Positions 1-6,567 of a DNA stretch of 64,000 bases are shown piece after piece. Under the pieces are notes generated by a model, which had not been told where the DNA came from, made no database searches, and saw only the letters and a program-made list of their open reading frames with translations. A program made the position numbers and the translations under genes. Position 1 is the stretch's first letter; every line of letters starts with the position of its first letter. Origin of the DNA: an uncultured candidate division Zixibacteria bacterium (GTDB lineage: Bacteria; Zixibacteria; MSB-5A5; GN15; FEB-12); the NCBI GenBank assembly GCA_963664195.1, contig OY760907.1, positions 2,752,001-2,816,000 on the forward strand, written 5' to 3'.

Positions 1-1
1 A

Positions 2-100
2 GGGCAGAGGGCAATTATGATTGGAATTGGTCTCGGCGTGGTCTCCATGTCGCTTCGACTGATTCTCGGTATTGAACGTTCATACCTGGGGGAAAAGTAA
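2..100 (+). CDS. 3' end of a polytopic membrane protein (subunit B, copy 1 of the duplicated membrane module); partial, runs off the window start
   Basis: Manual translation GQRAIMIGIGLGVVSMSLRLILGIERSYLGEK* matches the C-terminus of 3099..3914 (AQRAIVIGIGLGMVATALKVILGIERGYMGKG). The stop TAA abuts the next ATG. Confidence 0.9.
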   Translation, partial: GQRAIMIGIGLGVVSMSLRLILGIERSYLGEK

Positions 101-1018
101 ATGCAAGACCTGGGTGTAATCGCTGTTCTGCTGGTGATAGGCTGCGGCCTCTGCTGGCTGGCGTATAGATCGTTCAAGGGCAAAGAAGTAGACCGTCGGG
201 TCATATTCCTGTTCATTCTTATTTCCGTCGCCACACCTTTGCTGGCGAAAATCAAGTTCGATTTCAAGGCAACCCCTATCGTTCTGGCTATCTACGACAA
301 GATTGAGGCTCTGCCTGAAGGCTCCACGGTCATGCTGTCGTTTGACTTTGACCCGGCTATGGCCCCCGAGGTTCAGCCAATGGCTAACGTTGTTACCCGT
401 CACTGTCTGGAGAAGGGCCATAAGGTGGTTTTCATGTGTCTCTGGGCGACCGGACAGGGGCAGCTCACGATTACTTTCGAGGATGTCGTCCGCAAAGATT
501 TCCCGGACCTTGTTGACGGTGTGGATTACGTCAACATGGGATACAAGGCCGGCAACGAGGGCGTGTTGAATGTCATCGTGACGGATTTCCAGAAGATGTT
601 CCCGACCGATGTAAATACCGTGCCTTACGAGGATATTGAGATTCTCAAGGGCATCAAGTCCTGCAAAGACCTGGACATGGTACTGTCGTTTGGCGGCGGA
701 CGTCCGGGGATCAAGGAATGGATCCTGTTTGTCGGCGATCCGACTGGTGTCCCGACTGCCGGTGGCGTTGCCGCCGTGGTGGCGCCGCAATTGTACCCGT
801 ACTATCCGGGGCAGATGCTCGGCCTTCTGGGCGGTATCAAGGGCGCTGCGGAGTACGAAGCGCACTTCATGAAACACTATCCCAAGTACAGTGACATGGA
901 AACCAAGGCCATCATTATGATGGGTCCGCAAACGGTAGCGCATATTGTAATTATGGCATTTATCATTATCGGTAATATCCTCTTCTTCGTGTCGAAGAGG
1001 AAGGGAGGTGCACTATGA
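101..1018 (+). CDS. Conserved hypothetical membrane-anchored protein (subunit C, copy 1): N-terminal TMs, soluble alpha/beta domain, C-terminal TM
   Basis: Paralog of 3926..4807 (IYDKIExL..G..V....D.DP....E..PM; YPY...GQ.LG..GG..GA.EYE). Operonic spacing. Confidence 0.85.
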   Translation: MQDLGVIAVLLVIGCGLCWLAYRSFKGKEVDRRVIFLFILISVATPLLAKIKFDFKATPIVLAIYDKIEALPEGSTVMLSFDFDPAMAPEVQPMANVVTRHCLEKGHKVVFMCLWATGQGQLTITFEDVVRKDFPDLVDGVDYVNMGYKAGNEGVLNVIVTDFQKMFPTDVNTVPYEDIEILKGIKSCKDLDMVLSFGGGRPGIKEWILFVGDPTGVPTAGGVAAVVAPQLYPYYPGQMLGLLGGIKGAAEYEAHFMKHYPKYSDMETKAIIMMGPQTVAHIVIMAFIIIGNILFFVSKRKGGAL

Positions 1019-1821
1019 AACGCGGTGCCCTCATAGTTTTTGCAGGCGTATGCGTGTTGTTTGCTCTGAGTTGGGTTTTCAGCGCCGCCGGCGACCGTTC
1101 CAATGACAGCCTCACAGACGCGTTCATGGTCACCGTGGCGGCCTTCCTGACGCTGGCGATTATGTCTTTCCTCTACAAAGACAATCCGTACTACAAATTT
1201 GCCGAGCACTTGTTTGTTGGTGTATCGGCTGCATATTGGATGTGCCTCGGGTTCTGGTCGACCATGGTCGGCAATCTGTTCCCGCGCATATCCGAAGGTT
1301 TGTCGAATTTCTTCCTGGTTCCGTATCAGCCGGGTCCATTCAACTGGGCTTTCTACGTACCGGTGATTCTGGGACTTCTGCTGCTGATGCGTCTGTCGCC
1401 CAAAGCGGGCTGGCTTTCGCGCTGGCCGCTGGCTTTCATCGTCGGTACTACCGCCGGACTGAACTTCGTGCGCTACCTGCGCTCGGACTTTATCAATCAG
1501 ATTTCGGCGACTTTTGTACCGCTCGTAGTCAAGTGGGAGGGGTTCGGGCATTTCTTCGATAATTTCAGTCTGGCCTACGACGGTCAGTTTGTGATGATGG
1601 TCGCCAATCTGGTGATCTTCGTCGGTGTCCTGTGCGGCATCGTGTACTTCTTTTTTTCCAAGGAACATACAGGCCTGTTCGGGAAAGCTTCCCGTTTGGG
1701 CATTTGGATACTGATGATTACTTTTGGCGCTTCGTTCGGCTATACGGTCATGGGCCGTATTTCTCTTCTGGTAGGGCGCTTAACATTCCTCTTCCGAGAC
1801 TGGCTGGGACTAATTAGTTAA
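1015..1821 (+). CDS. Conserved hypothetical polytopic membrane protein (subunit D, copy 1)
   Basis: ATGA overlap with the upstream gene and SD GGAGG. Paralog of 4810..5646 (SFLYKDNP.YKFAEHL.VGVSA; FGASFGYTVM.RISL). Confidence 0.85.
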   Translation: MKRGALIVFAGVCVLFALSWVFSAAGDRSNDSLTDAFMVTVAAFLTLAIMSFLYKDNPYYKFAEHLFVGVSAAYWMCLGFWSTMVGNLFPRISEGLSNFFLVPYQPGPFNWAFYVPVILGLLLLMRLSPKAGWLSRWPLAFIVGTTAGLNFVRYLRSDFINQISATFVPLVVKWEGFGHFFDNFSLAYDGQFVMMVANLVIFVGVLCGIVYFFFSKEHTGLFGKASRLGIWILMITFGASFGYTVMGRISLLVGRLTFLFRDWLGLIS

Positions 1822-1848
1822 ACTCCCCTTATCTGAGGAGTCATCCTT

Positions 1849-3084
1849 ATGAGATACGTAATGACAGCGTTCATGGTCGTGCTGCTTCTGGCAGCATCAA
1901 GTATCATGGCGCAGACCGATCCTGTGGAGACTGACACGACCGCTGTTGAAGCGGTGGCGATGCCGGCTCCGGTGACCGGGCTGAACGCCTTTGATACCGA
2001 CAACGACCACGGACATTCAATCACCCTCACCTGGGTACCGTCGCCTGATGACGGTGCCGGGCTGAACAATGTGCTTGGCTACCGGATATTTCGGGCAACA
2101 GCGCCGGAAGGTCCGTTTGACAGTGTTGGCAGCGCCGTGGCCGGCGCCTCAACAACGGTCAATGCCGGTGCCAAAGAGCCAGAATCGCCTGACTACATTC
2201 CAGACTACACCGATTTCTGGTACCGCGTGGATGTTATGACTATAGACCCGGGCATTGTTGCTCAGGGTGACGTGTATGGTCCCGTGCAGTGCTACGGCCA
2301 GTGGTTCAACACCGGGCGCGTGCCCGTGCTGGTGGCGGTCATCGTATTCGCCTTACTAACACTGGTATTCGTTAATCGGGCAAAATCGGGTGCCGATCTC
2401 TACGTCCGTCCCCTTGGCGGGATTGAGGCAGTCGACGACGCTATCGGTCGTGCGACCGAAATGGGACGTCCGATTCTTTACGTTATGGGACTTGGTACTG
2501 CCGCCGACGTTGCCACGATCGCCTCATTCACGATTCTTGGTCGTGTGGCGAAGAAGGTTGCCGAGTATCAGACGGCTCTCATGGTGCCGACGTACGATCC
2601 GATCGTGATGACGGTGGCACAAGAAGTCGTGAAATCGGCATATCTCGACGCCGGTCGTCCGGATGACTACAAAGAAGATACCGTGCATTTCGTGACACAG
2701 TCACAGTTTGCCTACGTTGCCGCCGTCAACGGTGCGATGCTTCGCGAACTGCCGGCAACCAATATCTACATGGGCAAGTTCTTCGCCGAGTCACTGCTCC
2801 TGGCAGAGACGGGTGCTCTGGCCGGATCTATCCAGATTTCGGGTACAGATGAAATTGCACAGATTCCGTTCTTCATTGTGGCGTGTGACTACACGCTCAT
2901 AGGTGAAGAGCTTTATGCGGCTTCGGCGTATCTCGGTCGTGAGCCGATCCTCCTGGGGTCTCTGAAGGCGCAGGATTGGGCCAAGGCAGCGATTATTATT
3001 TTCGCTATCCTCGGTATCCTAGCCGCCAATTCCGGCAATGAGACCCTTGCACAATTCACCAGTTACTTCATAGTGACCAACTAG
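1849..3084 (+). CDS. Signal peptide + FN3-like domain + TM + DUF6754-like domain membrane protein (subunit A)
   Basis: SD GAGGAG; signal peptide; FN3-like motifs (ITLTW..S.D, GYRIFR, WYRV); conserved-looking block GIEAVDDAIGRATEMGRP...CDYTLIGEELYAASAYL. DUF assignment is from recall. Confidence 0.75.
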   Translation: MRYVMTAFMVVLLLAASSIMAQTDPVETDTTAVEAVAMPAPVTGLNAFDTDNDHGHSITLTWVPSPDDGAGLNNVLGYRIFRATAPEGPFDSVGSAVAGASTTVNAGAKEPESPDYIPDYTDFWYRVDVMTIDPGIVAQGDVYGPVQCYGQWFNTGRVPVLVAVIVFALLTLVFVNRAKSGADLYVRPLGGIEAVDDAIGRATEMGRPILYVMGLGTAADVATIASFTILGRVAKKVAEYQTALMVPTYDPIVMTVAQEVVKSAYLDAGRPDDYKEDTVHFVTQSQFAYVAAVNGAMLRELPATNIYMGKFFAESLLLAETGALAGSIQISGTDEIAQIPFFIVACDYTLIGEELYAASAYLGREPILLGSLKAQDWAKAAIIIFAILGILAANSGNETLAQFTSYFIVTN

Positions 3085-3098
3085 GAGGATTAAGGAGT

Positions 3099-3914
3099 AT
3101 GAAAAGAGAAGTTCCTCTCGTATTAGTCTTCCTGGGCGGCCTCTTCATGATTTTTCAGTACTTTGTACCTCATGAAAATTCCGAATGGGTCTACGAGTTC
3201 TTGCTGGACTGGATTCTCGTTATTGGCATCTTTGCCCTGGCGCTGGGTATCTGGTCATTGTTCCGTGTTTCTGTGGACAAAATCAAGAGCCGCAAGGAGA
3301 ACTGGTCTTTCAACTACGTTACTCTCGGCGGTCTGTTCGTGATGGTCATTTTTGGCTTCACGGCAAAGACCGGCGATGGTTGGGGCTGGTACTTTGTTTT
3401 TGTTCTGAGTCTTTTGCTAACGATCGGGCTGGTAATCCAAACGATGATATCGCGGACCCGGAAGGGGCTATTTCTCGGCCTGGCGGGCGTGGCGCTGCTC
3501 GTGTCCATTCTCGTTGCGGTCTTCGACGATGCCTGGGGGTTTTACTTCATGACTGCGGAAGGTCTCGAGAACTCCATGTTCCGTGCCTTCTTTGATCACG
3601 TTATGATGCCTATCCTGGCGACGATGTTCTCGTTGCTGGCGTTTTTCATTGCCTCGGCTGCGTATCGTGCCTTCCGCGCCCGCAACCTTCTTGCTTCGCT
3701 CCTGCTCCTGGCAGCGCTGGTCGTGATGCTTCGCTTCAATCCGTACCTGGCACTCATCTTCGGCGACTACGTCGCACGGGCCTCGAACTGGCTGATGAAC
3801 GTGCCGAACCTGGCCGCTCAGCGTGCCATCGTAATCGGTATCGGTCTCGGTATGGTTGCGACCGCACTGAAGGTCATTCTGGGTATTGAACGCGGTTACA
3901 TGGGGAAAGGATAA
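3099..3914 (+). CDS. Conserved hypothetical polytopic membrane protein (subunit B, copy 2)
   Basis: SD AAGGAG; many hydrophobic segments; motifs TMFSLLAFFIASAAYRAFR and LGIERGY. Confidence 0.85.
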   Translation: MKREVPLVLVFLGGLFMIFQYFVPHENSEWVYEFLLDWILVIGIFALALGIWSLFRVSVDKIKSRKENWSFNYVTLGGLFVMVIFGFTAKTGDGWGWYFVFVLSLLLTIGLVIQTMISRTRKGLFLGLAGVALLVSILVAVFDDAWGFYFMTAEGLENSMFRAFFDHVMMPILATMFSLLAFFIASAAYRAFRARNLLASLLLLAALVVMLRFNPYLALIFGDYVARASNWLMNVPNLAAQRAIVIGIGLGMVATALKVILGIERGYMGKG

Positions 3915-3925
3915 GGATACCGGTT

Positions 3926-4807
3926 ATGGGAATATTTGAAAAATTGATGATGCTGGACCGGCGGTGGATTTTCCTCTTCCTTATTGTGGTTTGTGTAATC
4001 GCATATGTGATACCGTATCAGGTCCCAACTCTGGTCATGCCGGAGACTCGAAAAATCTACGACAAGATAGAGAGCCTGGACGAGGGTGAGATCGTCATGG
4101 TCGCAATTGACTATGACCCGAATAACCTCGCCGAACTGCACCCGATGACCTACGCGCTCGTAGAGCATTGCTGGCGCAAAAAACTGAAAGTGATCTTCAC
4201 GGCGCTTTCTCAGAACGGACCGGGGATGGCCGATCAGGCTATTCGTGACATCTCCGACTCACTTCTCATAGATCACGAGTACAACGGAGTGATGTTCGAG
4301 GGTCGGGAGATTGTCAGCGGCGTTGACTATTGCTTCCTGGGCTACAAACCGTACTACGCGATTGTGATTCTGGCCATGGGCCAGAATTTCCGTCTGCCTT
4401 TCCCGGCCGACTACTACGGCGTACCGTTGGACTCGCTACCGATGATGCGGGGCGTTATGAACTACGATCAAGTCGCTTGCGTGGTTGACCTTTCCGGAGG
4501 AAGCATCACCGATGCCTGGATTTCCTACGGGCAAGGCAGATTCAACTTCCCCTTGGCGCTCGGTTTGACCGGCGTTATGACCGCACAGTACTATCCGTAT
4601 CTTGGTTCCGGCCAGGTGCTGGGAATCATGGGCGGTCTATTGGGTGCTTCGGAATACGAAGATCTAGCTGATAACCCCGGACGGGCCAAAGACGGAATGA
4701 GAGTACAGTTGCCTGCGCACATGGTGATCATCTTTTTCATCATCATGGGGAACGTTGGATTTTTCGCGTCCAAGCGTCGTCAACGCCAGATGGAAGAAGG
4801 GAATTAA
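3926..4807 (+). CDS. Conserved hypothetical membrane-anchored protein (subunit C, copy 2)
   Basis: Paralog of 101..1018. N-terminal TM, soluble domain, C-terminal TM followed by KRRQR. Confidence 0.85.
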   Translation: MGIFEKLMMLDRRWIFLFLIVVCVIAYVIPYQVPTLVMPETRKIYDKIESLDEGEIVMVAIDYDPNNLAELHPMTYALVEHCWRKKLKVIFTALSQNGPGMADQAIRDISDSLLIDHEYNGVMFEGREIVSGVDYCFLGYKPYYAIVILAMGQNFRLPFPADYYGVPLDSLPMMRGVMNYDQVACVVDLSGGSITDAWISYGQGRFNFPLALGLTGVMTAQYYPYLGSGQVLGIMGGLLGASEYEDLADNPGRAKDGMRVQLPAHMVIIFFIIMGNVGFFASKRRQRQMEEGN

Positions 4808-4809
4808 CT

Positions 4810-5646
4810 ATGGACTTCTTGACTTTCTTAGGTGTGACTTTTGCGGCGTTTGTGACGCTGGCGACTTTTTCTTTCCTTTATAAGGACAACCCGTTCTACA
4901 AGTTTGCCGAGCATCTCGTGGTAGGTGTCTCGGCGGGCTATTTTGTCATAATTCTGTGGCACAACGCCCTGGTTACCAACCTGTTTCAGAAGCTGCAGGA
5001 CGGTGACTGGTACATGTTGTGGCTGAATTCATCGCAGTGGTGGTACGTGATTCCGGCCATCCTGGGTGTGATGATGTGGACCCGTTTCTCCAAGCAGTAC
5101 GGATGGGTTTCACGCTGGCCGATGGCCATGTATATCGGTATTGCTACCGGTATGGCCATCCCGCTTGAAATGGCGAACCGCGTCAACAAGCAGTTGGCTG
5201 CGACCATGATACAGATCGAATGGAACAATTTCCTCGGTCACGGCGAGTTCAACCTCCTGGATACCATGTCAGGTTTGTCCCAGATCATCATTTTTGTGGG
5301 CACCATTTCCGCCCTCATATACTTCTTCTTTTCCAAAGCCCATACCGGCGCTTTCGGGGGAGTGGCGAAGGTCGGCATTTGGACTCTGATGGTTGGGTTT
5401 GGCGCCTCGTTCGGGTATACGGTTATGGCTCGTATTTCCCTGTTCATTCAGAGAGTGCAGTTCCTCGACCAGAACTGGGTGGAGGCTGCTTTCAACAGAA
5501 ATGACAATGTTGCAGACTATGCCCAGAACGGTGTGTGGTATCAGGTCGTTTTCTGGGGGATGGTGCTGGCGATCCTCGCCTATATAGTCAAAGAGATCGT
5601 GCAGCACGTTGGCTCCAAGAACAAAGCCGCAGGTACACAGGCCTAG
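4810..5646 (+). CDS. Conserved hypothetical polytopic membrane protein (subunit D, copy 2)
   Basis: Paralog of 1015..1821; last gene before a terminator. Confidence 0.85.
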   Translation: MDFLTFLGVTFAAFVTLATFSFLYKDNPFYKFAEHLVVGVSAGYFVIILWHNALVTNLFQKLQDGDWYMLWLNSSQWWYVIPAILGVMMWTRFSKQYGWVSRWPMAMYIGIATGMAIPLEMANRVNKQLAATMIQIEWNNFLGHGEFNLLDTMSGLSQIIIFVGTISALIYFFFSKAHTGAFGGVAKVGIWTLMVGFGASFGYTVMARISLFIQRVQFLDQNWVEAAFNRNDNVADYAQNGVWYQVVFWGMVLAILAYIVKEIVQHVGSKNKAAGTQA

Positions 5647-5670
5647 TTCGATTTCTTCAGCTACTTACAG

Positions 5671-5702
5671 ACCCCGTCTCCAACTGGAGACGGGGTTTTT
5701 TG
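5671..5702 (+). terminator. Rho-independent terminator of the membrane-module operon
   Basis: ACCCCGTCTCC-AACT-GGAGACGGGGT followed by a T run. Confidence 0.9.
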
Positions 5703-5930
5703 TTATGCTAAATTGGTGCTTTTGCCGCCCCTGACGGTAGAAAAGGGGGAGAGCGGACGTTTTGGCAAGTGCCCCTCGAGACACAAACTGTCTAAACTTG
5801 GTAGTTGGCCAACGAAACGAATACTCTCATCGTACATATTGTGTGTCTCGAAAGCAGGCCAGGGCATAGGGTTACAGATCGATGAAGTTATTCTGGCCGA
5901 TAAGGTGTTAAAGACTAAAGAGTTGGGCTG

Positions 5931-5989
5931 AAAAAAAAGTAAACAACAAAAAACTTTCGCTTGACATACAGGCAATTTTTTCCTAAAAT
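5931..5989 (+). promoter_or_regulatory. Near-consensus sigma70 promoter with UP-element-like A tracts
   Basis: TTGACA (5961-5966), 17 bp spacer, TAAAAT (5984-5989), preceded by AAAAAAAAGTAAACAACAAAAAAC. Confidence 0.85.
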
Positions 5990-6073
5990 CGCTTTAGAGG
6001 GAACCAATCATATGCGTAAGTCCTTAAGAAAAGGGTAGCAACCGCTAAAACACAGGGAAAGTGAGGTGGCGCA

Positions 6074-6421
6074 ATGGCTCGGACTAAGGATTCAGCCCAA
6101 GCCGAAACAGGGATCGATGCTGCCGCAAGGAAAGAAGAACCGACCAAGAAAAAGGGTAAGCTCTCCACGGCGGAGGCCAGGAGGGAATACCAGCGTCGGT
6201 ATTATCAGATGCACAAGGAGAAAGCCAAGGAGTATCAGCGGCAGTACAACTTGACTCACAAGAAAAAAGCGCGTGCCGGACGAGGCAAATCAAGTTTCGC
6301 CGCCAACCGTGAGGTGGTGCGTACTACGTTCAATACGGCAGATATCATGCACGCTCCGGTTGAGAAGACGCTCAAGATGCTCGAAAAGATCATCAAAGGT
6401 GAGCGAATGTTTACGATGTAG
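6074..6421 (+). CDS. Small basic hypothetical protein (115 aa), possibly nucleic-acid-binding
   Basis: SD GAGGTG; own promoter and terminator; K/R-rich with repeated EYQR(R/Q)Y helix. Confidence 0.8.
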   Translation: MARTKDSAQAETGIDAAARKEEPTKKKGKLSTAEARREYQRRYYQMHKEKAKEYQRQYNLTHKKKARAGRGKSSFAANREVVRTTFNTADIMHAPVEKTLKMLEKIIKGERMFTM

Positions 6422-6443
6422 TGCGTGTTCAGCACAAATAATC

Positions 6444-6486
6444 AGGCGACCGGTGTCAAAATGCGCGATTCCGGTCGCCTTTTTTT
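6444..6486 (+). terminator. Rho-independent terminator
   Basis: AGGCGACCGG...CCGGTCGCCT followed by a T run. Confidence 0.8.
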
Positions 6487-6567
6487 ATTGCAATCTTCCA
6501 CAAAACTAGTTAGTTTCCACAACTGTGAAAAAAGGGAACGTAAGTCCTTATACCATAAGGAGATGTT

